64,000 nucleotides of DNA from an uncultured Dehalococcoidales bacterium (GCA_964505425.1 CAZDHX010000003.1:28004-92003), one strand, 5' to 3'. Shown: positions 1 through 8,283, counted from the stretch's first letter. A program made the numbers and translations. The notes: generated by a model from the letters alone, not told the origin.

Positions 1-1071
1 GCCGCGCATGCCCTCGATTATCTTCAAGCCCGTTGCCAGCGGCGTGCGCAGGTGCTCCGTCCCCTCCACCTCGTCGCACTGGAAGAGGTAGTAGGGGCGC
101 ACCTTAATCCTGAGCAGACCCTGGCACAGCTTGGTCTGTATCTCCACGCTGTCATTTATACCACGCAGCAGCACGCTTTGGTTGTTTACTGGCACGCCGC
201 TCCGCAAAAGCCTATCGCAGGCGACGGCTGCCTCCGGAGTGAGCTCGCGGTAGTGGTTAAAGTGGGTGTTAAACCAGATAGGACCGTATTTAGACAGCAT
301 GGTGCAGAGCTCATCGTCAATACGCTGGGGCAGCACCACCGGGAAGCGGCTGCCAATGCGGATGATTTCAACATGCTCTATCTTCCTCAACCGGGAGATA
401 ACGCTCTCTAGGTGGGGGGTGGATAAGGTCAGGGGGTCACCGCCGGAGATGACCACATCCCTGACCGCCTTGTGATTTCGGATATAGTCCAGCATGGCTT
501 CAACCTGGGCAGGGGTGCGCACCCAGCCACCGTGACGCCACTCCCGCTTGCGGGTGCAGTGGCGGCAGAGCATGGGACAGATATCGGTCAGCACCATGAG
601 GACTCGGTCCGGGTAGCGATGGACCAGCCCGGGGACAACCGAGTCCCGCCCCTCCTCAAGGGGGTCTTCCGAGCCGATGCCGCATAGGGCTATCTCGTCA
701 AAGGCGGGCACCGCCTGCCCCCTGATGGGGTCACGGGGGTCAGTGGGGTCAATCAGGGAGAGGTAATAGGGGGTTATGGAGAGCGGGTACTTAATGGTGA
801 CCAGCTTGAGCTTGGCCTGCTCTTCAGCAGTCAGGGGTATATAGCTGGCTAACTGCTCAACGGTGGTAATACGGTGGCGGAAGTGCCATTTCCAGTCGTT
901 CCATAGACTATCGGGGATGCGCCCAAAGAACCGCTGTCTCTGGGCGCCAGTACTGGGAGGCTCTTCCTCAGGAGCTAGCAGGGCAGTTTCGCCTGGAGGT
1001 TCCTCTTCGGCCTCGGCAGTAGTCTCCTTAAAAGATTTTTCTGCCTCTAGGGCAGACTGGTTTTTCATCAT
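1..1071 (-). CDS. kamA: Lysine 2,3-aminomutase family radical-SAM enzyme (KamA/AblA-like); C-terminus cut by the left window edge
   Basis: Absent from the ORF track because it runs off the edge. My reverse-strand translation from ATGATG (1071-1066) gives MMKNQSALEAE...WNDWKWHFRHRITT...ITPYYLSLIDP...VPGLVHRYPDRVLMVLTDICPMLCRHCTRKR (CxxxCxxC cluster motif)...VISGGDPL...RPYYLFQCD. These blocks line up with Clostridium KamA as I recall it. Confidence 0.85.
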   Translation of the reverse strand, partial: MMKNQSALEAEKSFKETTAEAEEEPPGETALLAPEEEPPSTGAQRQRFFGRIPDSLWNDWKWHFRHRITTVEQLASYIPLTAEEQAKLKLVTIKYPLSITPYYLSLIDPTDPRDPIRGQAVPAFDEIALCGIGSEDPLEEGRDSVVPGLVHRYPDRVLMVLTDICPMLCRHCTRKREWRHGGWVRTPAQVEAMLDYIRNHKAVRDVVISGGDPLTLSTPHLESVISRLRKIEHVEIIRIGSRFPVVLPQRIDDELCTMLSKYGPIWFNTHFNHYRELTPEAAVACDRLLRSGVPVNNQSVLLRGINDSVEIQTKLCQGLLRIKVRPYYLFQCDEVEGTEHLRTPLATGLKIIEGMRG

Positions 1072-1190
1072 TGAAGGCGTTTTCACCTTTTTCTGGTCTC
1101 CTCTAGTGTTAGATTTTGGTATATTGGGCTCGTTTATCAGGCTACATTTTCGGTTCCCTCTCCCCCTATAAAAAAATGGTTAGGAAATAC

Positions 1191-1219
1191 TTGCCCTAAC
1201 CTTCTTTTCCTGTTATAAT
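1191..1219 (+). promoter_or_regulatory. Sigma70-type promoter for the wHTH gene (TTGCCC-N17-TATAAT)
   Basis: TTGCCC at 1191-1196, 17-nt spacer, TATAAT at 1214-1219. An AGGAGG Shine-Dalgarno sits 7 nt before ATG 1332. Confidence 0.5.
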
Positions 1220-1246
1220 TTACATGAATTACATTTCCTAAATTAA

Positions 1247-1274
1247 ATTATACATATTTTATAACAATTGTCAA
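1247..1274 (-). promoter_or_regulatory. Sigma70-type promoter for kamA (minus-strand TTGACA-N16-TATAAT)
   Basis: Plus-strand TGTCAA at 1269-1274 and ATTATA at 1247-1252 are the reverse complements of consensus -35 and -10 hexamers. The predicted TSS near 1240 gives a leader of about 170 nt. Confidence 0.55.
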
Positions 1275-1331
1275 TAGTCTTTTGGTTATTTCAGGCAAAT
1301 CATTAACGAGGCGCCGACAGGAGGTACCAGC

Positions 1332-1640
1332 ATGGGGAAATGGAAATTCGTCACCAATCACGCCCTGGTGCTCTGCCTGATTGCCCAACAGCCACGAATC
1401 ACCGCCCGGAAGATTGCCGCCACGGCAGGTATCACCGAGAAGGCAACGCGTAACATCATCAACGACCTTGAGGCTGGCGGCTACATCACCAAGACCAGGG
1501 AGGGCCGACGTATCCGCTATGGCGTTGACCCAGAGTTGCCGCTCCGCCACGAAATGCATGAGGGCAAGGCAGTGGGCGCCCTGCTGGAGGTACTGGGCTG
1601 GGTAAAGCAGCGCAAGGAGGTGAAAAGCGCAGCCATCTGA
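1332..1640 (+). CDS. Small winged-helix (ArsR/MarR-like) transcriptional regulator
   Basis: 102 aa. ITARKIAATAGITEKATRNIINDLEAGGYITKTREGRRIRY has the HTH-plus-wing pattern. The gene is divergent from kamA. Confidence 0.6.
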   Translation: MGKWKFVTNHALVLCLIAQQPRITARKIAATAGITEKATRNIINDLEAGGYITKTREGRRIRYGVDPELPLRHEMHEGKAVGALLEVLGWVKQRKEVKSAAI

Positions 1641-1653
1641 AAACGCTAGAATG

Positions 1654-3570
1654 CTACCTTTTCTTGCCGACTTTGGCTTGAAGCAACAAGCCTTCCAGAA
1701 GTTCAGAGAGTGTTACTGTAGCTACCCCGATTACTTTATCCGCCCCCCCATAGTAAACAAACAGTTGGCCATTAATGACAACAGCGCCACACGGGAAAAC
1801 GACGTTAGCTACCTGCCCCTCCTTTTCATAAGGCATCTCCGGCGAAAGTAGTGGAGTTTTCCTTCGGGCAATAACATGCGCCGGGTTGTCCAGCTCAAGG
1901 AGGGCGGCACCCACGTAGTAGCAGAGTTTGTCATCCTTTTTTGCGACAGTGTGATAAAGTAATAACCACCCCCATTTTGTCTCAATTGGTGGCGCCGCGA
2001 TGCCAATTTTCTCCGCCGGCGGTTTTTCCCTACGTCGGCTCATTATGATAGTTCCCTTTATCCACCTTCCCTCTTCAAAGTCAAGGCTATCGACAAGATC
2101 CAGCCAAATACCCGTACCGAGGCGATGGAGAATGGCATACTTGCCCTTGATTTTTCGGGGGAAGATAGCCGCATCCTTATCGTCCTTGCCTGGGGGTGAA
2201 ATCAATACCGGTCTTGCCCACTTCCAGCGCTTAGCTAGGAAATCGCTGGTGACAATAGAGGTTAACGCTACTCGCGGAAGGTGACCATCAAATGCGGTGT
2301 AGCACATATATATAGTATCGTCAAACCTAGTCAGCCTGGGGTCTTCACACCCTTTCTTCTCAAACTTCCCGCGGGGCGTGTAGATTGGCTCATCAAGCCT
2401 CTCATCAAAGGTAAACCCATCGCTGCTGGCAGCATACCCGAGCACCGAGGTGTCATCCTCGGACATGGCACGGTACACAAGGTGAACCTTTCCGTCCTCA
2501 TAGAGAGCGCCGGGGTTAAAGACCGCCTTTGCCTCCCACGAGTGCTTTGGCTCCGGCTCAAGGACAGGGTTTTTGGGGAAACGCTCCAGCTTTATCTTCT
2601 CCGCCTTAGTCGCCAGCATTTCCTCAACAAGGGTATCTAACCTGCCAGTGGCTACAGCGCACGTGGTATCAGCCGCCCCATAATAAATGTGGAGCGTCCT
2701 GCCCCGGATAAGAGCCCCGGAGGGGAAAACGATATTAGGCACTCTGCCATATATCTCGTATACCTCCTCGGGAACCAACCAAGGTCTTTCCGTACGTGCC
2801 ACAATCCTTGCCGGGTTCTCCAGATCAAGCAGAACCGCTTCAATGCCAAAAGTTGGCGGGGGTGCGAAATAATTCTGAATATACGAATAAATCAGAAGCC
2901 ACCCGTACCGCGTCCTTATCGGTGGCGCGCCCACTTCAATGTGGTCTTCGGGCGTTCGCTGCAGTGGTAGAACGTGGTCATCTAGGAAAGAGTACCAGCC
3001 TTCCCAGTACTCGGGGGACCAGATTTGCTCTTCATGGTCAAAGAAGGCAAGCCCAATCCTGGCTGGAGGTTTATCCGTGTTGACGGTGAGCACAGCTGCC
3101 ATCTTATTATCGAATTTCTCCGGGAACAGTGCCATAGCCTTGGAATTAAACGGAGCAACGGGATGCTTGGCCTCAATTCGCCTGAAGCCCTTGGTAATGG
3201 CAAGACCAATTCTGATGCCCTCAGCACGGAAGGGATAGGCAGATAGGGCGGTGTAGAAAATATAGAATTTATCACCGAGTTTAGTCACCCTGGGGTCTTC
3301 GCAGCCAAACCGTTCCCACTCATACTCAGGCTTTATGAATTGCCGGCGGCGTTTCCACTGTGTACCGTCAGTGCTCAGGGCATGACCAATGGACGAAACG
3401 TGCATCTGCACGCCATCTACCATCTGGAGCGAAGAAATCGCCCGGTAGAGGAGGTGAATCCTGCCCCCGCTGCGTACAGGGCAGCCGTTAAACGCAGCCT
3501 CTGCTTCCCAGGCATTCTCACTGTCTGGCATTAAGATAGGATTATGTTCAAAGCGCTTAATGTCATTCAT
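1654..3570 (-). CDS. Tandem double-domain GH130 family protein (glycoside phosphorylase/hydrolase-like, PF04041 type)
   Basis: 638 aa. Residues ~1-315 and ~325-638 each carry a full module (NPIL/NPVL...AFN, GCEDPR, YYGAAD/YYGGAD). Confidence 0.75.
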   Translation of the reverse strand: MNDIKRFEHNPILMPDSENAWEAEAAFNGCPVRSGGRIHLLYRAISSLQMVDGVQMHVSSIGHALSTDGTQWKRRRQFIKPEYEWERFGCEDPRVTKLGDKFYIFYTALSAYPFRAEGIRIGLAITKGFRRIEAKHPVAPFNSKAMALFPEKFDNKMAAVLTVNTDKPPARIGLAFFDHEEQIWSPEYWEGWYSFLDDHVLPLQRTPEDHIEVGAPPIRTRYGWLLIYSYIQNYFAPPPTFGIEAVLLDLENPARIVARTERPWLVPEEVYEIYGRVPNIVFPSGALIRGRTLHIYYGAADTTCAVATGRLDTLVEEMLATKAEKIKLERFPKNPVLEPEPKHSWEAKAVFNPGALYEDGKVHLVYRAMSEDDTSVLGYAASSDGFTFDERLDEPIYTPRGKFEKKGCEDPRLTRFDDTIYMCYTAFDGHLPRVALTSIVTSDFLAKRWKWARPVLISPPGKDDKDAAIFPRKIKGKYAILHRLGTGIWLDLVDSLDFEEGRWIKGTIIMSRRREKPPAEKIGIAAPPIETKWGWLLLYHTVAKKDDKLCYYVGAALLELDNPAHVIARRKTPLLSPEMPYEKEGQVANVVFPCGAVVINGQLFVYYGGADKVIGVATVTLSELLEGLLLQAKVGKKR

Positions 3571-3591
3571 AAACTTTAGAGCATACCGTGC

Positions 3592-4851
3592 CTATTTACC
3601 GGGCTTTCCCAGTCGAAACATCTTGGTCCCGCACCTGGGGCATATCCCCTGGATTGCCGCTCTGCCGTTTTTCAGGGTTACCGCTCTGGGGTCTTTCATC
3701 TCCCTTTTCGCCCGACACTTCATGCAGTATGCCCTTATTCGTTTTATTTTTACCGGAGTAACCGGTGTGATACCAACCTCTAATGGTGGCGTATAGATTG
3801 AAATTGGTGCCGCTTCTCGCGAACCGACAAGATAGTCAAGGAGTTCATCCAGTTTTACCGAAGCCACGCAAGACACCTTGTCGGCTCCACCGTAGTAGAC
3901 CAGTAGACGGTCTTCGATTACCACGGCTCCGCAGGGATAGATAACGCCGGATTTCCACCCCTCATTTTCGTACCATGCCTCGGGCTCCAAGATTGGCTCT
4001 TCAGAGCGGTATATGACCCTAGTGGGGTTTTTCAGATCAAGCAGCTTCGCCCCTATCTTATAGCGCCCCGGGTCACGCTCACCCACACCCTGGCAGATGA
4101 GTAGCCATCCCTCCTCTGTCTTGATAGGAGGAGCGCCAGCACCAACCTTTCGACTATCCCAGTAAGACGCCCTCGGCTGTATCTTGAATTCTCCTTTCAA
4201 CCACCTGGTTGTGCCGTCAAAATCCAGGTCGTCAACAAAATCAATCAAGATATCAGGGAAAATTCGGTGGAATATAACGTATTTGGAGTTTATTCTCTCC
4301 GGGAGAATGCAGGCGTTCTTATCTACAACGCCGGGGGGAGAGATGAGTACTGGCTTCTTCCATCGCCAGTTCTTGGCGAGGAAATCATTAATATGTAGTG
4401 AGGTCAGCGCTACCCGGGGCGGGCTGTATCCGTCAAAGGCAACATAGGTCATAAATACCCTGTCGTCAATCTTGGTTAGTCTCGGGTCCTCACACCCACC
4501 CCATCCTCCTCCCGACACATAATCCTCACCATTCTCCATAGGCACATAGGTGCGTTGACGATAACCTGTTGTGGGATAGACTGAGCCAGCGCCTTCAAAC
4601 GGCTCTCTGGGAACGTATATCGGTTCATCCAATCGTTCGTCAACATGGAATCCATCAACACTTGAGGCATACCCCAGAACCGATACATCCGAGTCTCCGA
4701 TTGCCCGGTACACTATATGCACCCTTCCGCCTTCATAGATGGCGCCAGGGTTAAAGACCGCTTTTGACTCCCACCAATGCTCGGGTTCCGGCTCAAGGAT
4801 AGGATTCCCCTCAAACCTCTCCAGAACAGGGTGAGCGCTTTCCCCTCTCAT
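3592..4851 (-). CDS. GH130 family protein fused to a C-terminal CxxC...CxxC zinc ribbon (DUF5679-like by recollection)
   Basis: 419 aa. The GH130 core is a close paralogue of domain 2 of the upstream gene (GCEDPRLTK, YYGGADKV). The tail is AYCMKCRAKREMKDPRAVTLKNGRAAIQGICPRCGTKMF. Confidence 0.75.
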   Translation of the reverse strand: MRGESAHPVLERFEGNPILEPEPEHWWESKAVFNPGAIYEGGRVHIVYRAIGDSDVSVLGYASSVDGFHVDERLDEPIYVPREPFEGAGSVYPTTGYRQRTYVPMENGEDYVSGGGWGGCEDPRLTKIDDRVFMTYVAFDGYSPPRVALTSLHINDFLAKNWRWKKPVLISPPGVVDKNACILPERINSKYVIFHRIFPDILIDFVDDLDFDGTTRWLKGEFKIQPRASYWDSRKVGAGAPPIKTEEGWLLICQGVGERDPGRYKIGAKLLDLKNPTRVIYRSEEPILEPEAWYENEGWKSGVIYPCGAVVIEDRLLVYYGGADKVSCVASVKLDELLDYLVGSREAAPISIYTPPLEVGITPVTPVKIKRIRAYCMKCRAKREMKDPRAVTLKNGRAAIQGICPRCGTKMFRLGKPGK

Positions 4852-4883
4852 TGCAACTGCTGCCTCCCCCAGACTCCTCTAGC

Positions 4884-4913
4884 ATTATAACATCATTAAA
4901 GACCCTACTTCAA
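4884..4913 (-). promoter_or_regulatory. Promoter for the GH130 gene pair (minus-strand TTGAAG-N18-TATAAT)
   Basis: Plus-strand CTTCAA at 4908-4913 and ATTATA at 4884-4889. A GGGGGAGG Shine-Dalgarno precedes ATG 4851. Confidence 0.45.
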
Positions 4914-5033
4914 AGAATCTTTATTCTTAACTTGCCTCTGGTGTACGGAATACGATTTGAGCACTGAACAAAACGCTATTTTGTTACTTATTGAGGGATA
5001 TTATAGAAGTGAATCTTCATATAGCAGGCAGAA

Positions 5034-5639
5034 CTATGGCTGGGTTGCCGCCAGAGCGTGGTGGTAAAGCTGCTCGAAGGTCGTGGCTGTAGTGGAGCGA
5101 AAAACATTTTCTGGAACCTTTATATAGTGCCAGGATACCCCGGTGAGCGCTGTGGCATCCTGACACCATTTAGTAGCCCGAGCATCTTTTCGAGCTACCT
5201 CTATATCCTCAAGCCCCTTGGTCTCTACCAAAAACATCTCACCAGAGACAAGCCTAACTATGAAATCAGGATAGTAGTAGCGGACGCCACCCTGAGAACT
5301 TAAGTATTCAATAGCAAAGTGAGTAGCTTCAGTGTTTTTGGCAAAGGCGGCTATATCTGGGACGCCATCAAGAAAGGCGGCGAACTCAGCTTCGTAATGA
5401 GAATCACAGGCAACCAGATTGAATATCGTCTTGTGCGCTGGATATGTCCCCTTAGTCCAGGGGAAAGCATTAGTACCACTCAGCTTGATAGGATTTCCCC
5501 GAATATGGACGGGGTGCGACTCTATAGTTAGGTTATTTATGGCTTGAGCAAAGACAGTGATAATTATCTGCCGGGCATCAGGTTCGCTGAGACGGCGCAA
5601 TATGGCTGGAAGCATATAATACAAGCCGAAAGGAGGCAA
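5034..5639 (-). pseudogene. C-terminal fragment of a type III restriction enzyme Res subunit (PD-(D/E)xK nuclease end only)
   Basis: Only 201 aa, whereas full Res subunits are ~900-1000 aa. It carries YYYPDFIVRL...FLVETKG (D...ExK nuclease motif) and ATKWCQ. An in-frame stop lies immediately upstream of the TTG start, there is no helicase domain, and GC looks lower than the flanks by eye. Confidence 0.55.
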
Positions 5640-5682
5640 GCGGTTGGTCTAGCAAGCCATCGCTAGCTTTTCTCCTAGCAAT

Positions 5683-5724
5683 CTCTTAATCAGCCGGTTA
5701 CAGGTTCGAGTCCTGTGCGGCTCA
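5683..5724 (+). pseudogene. Orphan 3' half of a tRNA-Lys(CUU): anticodon loop, variable loop, T-arm, acceptor 3' strand
   Basis: CTCTTAA (loop, anticodon CTT), TCAGC, CGGTT, ACAGG-TTCGAGT-CCTGT, GCGGCTC-A. It parallels the E. coli tRNA-Lys 3' half. No complementary 5' acceptor strand (GAGCCGC) or D-arm lies upstream. Confidence 0.6.
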
Positions 5725-5747
5725 CTATCCAGTTCACCCGAGCCTCT

Positions 5748-7454
5748 TCACAAGATCAGGTTTAATATCCCGCCGGTGATTAGGGCTGCCGCAATCATTA
5801 TCCCGGTTGACTTTAGCATATTCACTACCCCAAGCTCCCTCAGCAGAACAACAAAGGTGGCAATGCAGGGGAAAAACATAGCCAAGACCACGCTACCTAC
5901 GACCAGTTGTTTGGTGCTCAGCGCCAGCGGAGCTAGCATACCGAGAGCTACATCCTTACGCAGGAAGCCGATAACCACCGCCGTTACCGCTTCCTTGGGC
6001 AGCCCCAGAAAATTGGTTATTACTGGCGCCGTAAAGTTGGCAATAGCCTCAAAAACGCCGAAGAAATAGAGTATGTTGATTACCAAGACAGCCCCAAGGA
6101 TAATGGGAATTGCCTCTGCCAGAAAGCCGTAGACCCGCACCCCCACCTTCTGGAACATTGCCCGCCACTGCGGCAGGCGATAGGGTGGAATCTCAATCAA
6201 TAGCTCGGGGGTGAACCCCCTGACCGAAAGGCGGAGTATAACGCCCAGAATAATCCAGACCAAAAAGAGCGTCCCGTAGACGATAACGACATACTGCGCG
6301 CCACGTGCGCCAACCAAGCCGAAGATCATCGCCTGCAGGGCGGCACAGGGAATGGCAATAGAGATAAGCGTTGCCGCAATGAAGCGCTCTCTTTTACTCT
6401 CCAGGATACGGGTAGCCAGGACAGCCGGCACATTACAACCGAGCCCAAGCAGGGTGGGAATAATAGCGTAGCCGTGCAATCCCAGGCGGTGCATGACAGT
6501 ATCCACCATGACCGCCAGCCGCGGCAGGTAGCCAACATCCTCAAGGAGACTGAGCACCAGATAGAAAGAGATAACGTAAGGCAGGACCATGGCAAAGGGG
6601 ACATATAGTCCACTGGAAAGCAGCCCGAAGGACTGCAAAAAGTCAACCTGACCATTAATGAGCCGGCCAACCACAATATCATGGAGGAAACCGCCACCCT
6701 GCAACATCTCGCTCAGCCTCATCAGCACCGGCGCCCACAGTTTTTCAAACAGAGGGTCAAGGACGTAGCCAATCAGTCCCTCGCCGATAAAACGGACGAC
6801 GATAAAGGATGCCGCCAGGACCGCCAGGGCAATGATGCCGCCGGACAGCGGCTTGACGCTGGCGTCGGAAAGCCTCTCCCGCCAGGTGTGATGGCGATGG
6901 GTAACATGCTGGACCTGGTCAATAATCTTGCCCACCGCCGCCCAGCGCTGGTTACGGCGGCGAAGGGGATGGCGGGGGGAGGTAGCCCTGGGGATATTCT
7001 CCACCAGCTCTTTTATCCCCTCCCCGGTTACGGCAACGGTGGGTATAACCGGCACCCCCAGCAGCTCTCTCAGCTTATCCAGGTTGATATCTATCCCCTC
7101 GTGCTTGGTATCATCCCACATATTCAGGGCGACTATCACCGGAACACCCTTCTCCAAAAGCTGCAGGGTGAGATAAAGGTTTCTCTCCAAATTAGTAGCA
7201 TTGACCACATCTACCACCACGTCCCCGCTGCGGAGCATCTCCGAGGCTACTTCCTCGGCTTCACTGGTAGGCTCTAGGGTATAGGTGCCGGGGACGTCAA
7301 TAACCTCAGCGACCCCCTCCCCCAGCTTCATTTCCCCGCGGGTATAGCTCACCGTAGTCCCGGGATAATTGGAAACAATAACGCGGACTCCGGTGAGACG
7401 GGAGAAGAGGACGCTCTTGCCGACGTTGGGGTTGCCCATCAGGAGTATCTTCAT
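5748..7454 (-). CDS. feoB: Ferrous iron transporter FeoB
   Basis: 568 aa. N-terminal G-domain (GNPNVGKS, DVPGTYTL) followed by a polytopic membrane domain. The start overlaps the feoA stop. Confidence 0.92.
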   Translation of the reverse strand: MKILLMGNPNVGKSVLFSRLTGVRVIVSNYPGTTVSYTRGEMKLGEGVAEVIDVPGTYTLEPTSEAEEVASEMLRSGDVVVDVVNATNLERNLYLTLQLLEKGVPVIVALNMWDDTKHEGIDINLDKLRELLGVPVIPTVAVTGEGIKELVENIPRATSPRHPLRRRNQRWAAVGKIIDQVQHVTHRHHTWRERLSDASVKPLSGGIIALAVLAASFIVVRFIGEGLIGYVLDPLFEKLWAPVLMRLSEMLQGGGFLHDIVVGRLINGQVDFLQSFGLLSSGLYVPFAMVLPYVISFYLVLSLLEDVGYLPRLAVMVDTVMHRLGLHGYAIIPTLLGLGCNVPAVLATRILESKRERFIAATLISIAIPCAALQAMIFGLVGARGAQYVVIVYGTLFLVWIILGVILRLSVRGFTPELLIEIPPYRLPQWRAMFQKVGVRVYGFLAEAIPIILGAVLVINILYFFGVFEAIANFTAPVITNFLGLPKEAVTAVVIGFLRKDVALGMLAPLALSTKQLVVGSVVLAMFFPCIATFVVLLRELGVVNMLKSTGIMIAAALITGGILNLIL

Positions 7455-7780
7455 TTTGTCGACTCGTCGTCCAGTTGAACCACTATCCGGCTTGCCATGC
7501 CGAAGCCAATAGCTAGCTGCACTCTATCTACCTCAACGGTTACCGGTCCCCGCATAAGGGTGGAACTAATCTTGGTTATTCTCTTGCCCGGCATAATGCC
7601 CAGGGCGCTAAGGCGGTTCACCAAGCCGTGCCCGCCCTTCATTAGGCCATGCCTACCCCTCATCAAGTCATGCCTACCCTGAAGCTGCACTACGACACCA
7701 CTCTGCCCCGCCCGCATCCGGGCCAGGGTTGTCCGTCCCTCATCAGGGGTAAATTCTGTTCCTCCTCTTCGTCTTCTCAC
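7451..7780 (-). CDS. feoA: FeoA family protein with an internal 7-aa triplication
   Basis: FeoA/SH3-like core (GQSGVVVQLQG...RLSALGIMPGKRI...VEVDRVQLAIG). The track ORF starts at 7825, 38 nt inside fur. The in-frame GTG at 7780 lies just after the fur stop and is the start I prefer. Confidence 0.8.
   Translation of the reverse strand: MRRRRGGTEFTPDEGRTTLARMRAGQSGVVVQLQGRHDLMRGRHGLMKGGHGLVNRLSALGIMPGKRITKISSTLMRGPVTVEVDRVQLAIGFGMASRIVVQLDDESTK
7616..7678 (-). repeat. In-frame 3 x 21-bp tandem repeat inside feoA (GRHDLMR / GRHGLMK / GGHGLVN)
   Basis: Units at 7658-7678, 7637-7657 and 7616-7636. Units 1 and 2 share 17/21 nt, units 2 and 3 share 14/21 nt, by direct comparison. Confidence 0.85.
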
Positions 7781-7787
7781 TAAAAAA

Positions 7788-8246
7788 TCATCCTTTCTTC
7801 TGGCGGCACTGGGAGCAGTAACCACTCAGGCGAAGCTCAGCGTCAACAATCTCAAAATCCCCGATCTCAGGCACATCTCTCTTCAGATAGCGAGCCAGCG
7901 AGTACGGAAACTCAACGACCTTACCACAGCCAAGACATACCAGATGGTGATGCTTCCTGGCTGGCTTCATCTCGTAGTGATGGTGGCTCTCATCAAAATG
8001 GAGCTCCTCTATCAGCCCCGGCTCCTTGAACGCCTTTAAGGTGCGATAAACCGTTGACAGGCTGAGGCGGGGCTGGATAGCCCGTGCCCGGCGATAGATC
8101 TCATCGGCATCAAGGTGCCCCTTCCCCTTCTGGATAATATCCAGAATCAAGGCACGCTGGCTGGTAACCCTCTTGCCCGATTTCCTCAGGGCAAATTGGC
8201 TGCTTCCCCTCTTTCTTTGGCTTTGGTTATTGCTAATGCTTCTCAC
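7788..8246 (-). CDS. fur: Fur family metalloregulator
   Basis: 152 aa. RALILDII...LSLSTVYRTLK (wHTH), HHHYEM, HHHLVCLGCGKVVEF and CSQC metal sites. It lies upstream of feoAB. Confidence 0.9.
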   Translation of the reverse strand: MRSISNNQSQRKRGSSQFALRKSGKRVTSQRALILDIIQKGKGHLDADEIYRRARAIQPRLSLSTVYRTLKAFKEPGLIEELHFDESHHHYEMKPARKHHHLVCLGCGKVVEFPYSLARYLKRDVPEIGDFEIVDAELRLSGYCSQCRQKKG

Positions 8247-8252
8247 TTGCAG

Positions 8253-8283
8253 TTATTGTAAACCACAATAATCCGTTTGTCAA
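8253..8283 (-). promoter_or_regulatory. fur-feoAB promoter (minus-strand TTGACA-N17-TACAAT) overlapped by the palindrome TTATTGT-N5-ACAATAA
   Basis: -35 is plus-strand TGTCAA at 8278-8283 and -10 is plus-strand ATTGTA at 8255-8260. The perfect 7-5-7 inverted repeat at 8253-8271 covers the -10 and is a candidate Fur box. Confidence 0.55.

Noticed and set aside
52-687. Plus-strand ORFs 52-411, 266-475 and 472-687 from the six-frame track.
   Set aside because: They lie antisense to a clearly recognisable KamA-family gene that occupies 1-1071 on the minus strand. They are typical shadow ORFs with no recognisable motifs.
5640-5724. A possible complete tRNA gene at the feoB/Res junction.
   Set aside because: Only the anticodon loop, 3' anticodon stem, variable loop, T-arm and 3' acceptor strand are present. 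No complementary 5' acceptor strand or D-arm could be found upstream, so it was called a fragment.
6681-7277. A 198-aa plus-strand ORF inside feoB.
   Set aside because: It is antisense to a well-supported FeoB gene, and its low-complexity Arg/Gly/Pro-rich translation is typical of shadow frames. The same reasoning applies to 8358-8855, 9752-10390, 11888-12418, 16630-17052, 16971-17543, 17559-17975, 18937-19479, 26465-27004, 28012-28608, 28784-29209, 29212-29763, 31402-32019, 42355-42981 and 50337-50810.
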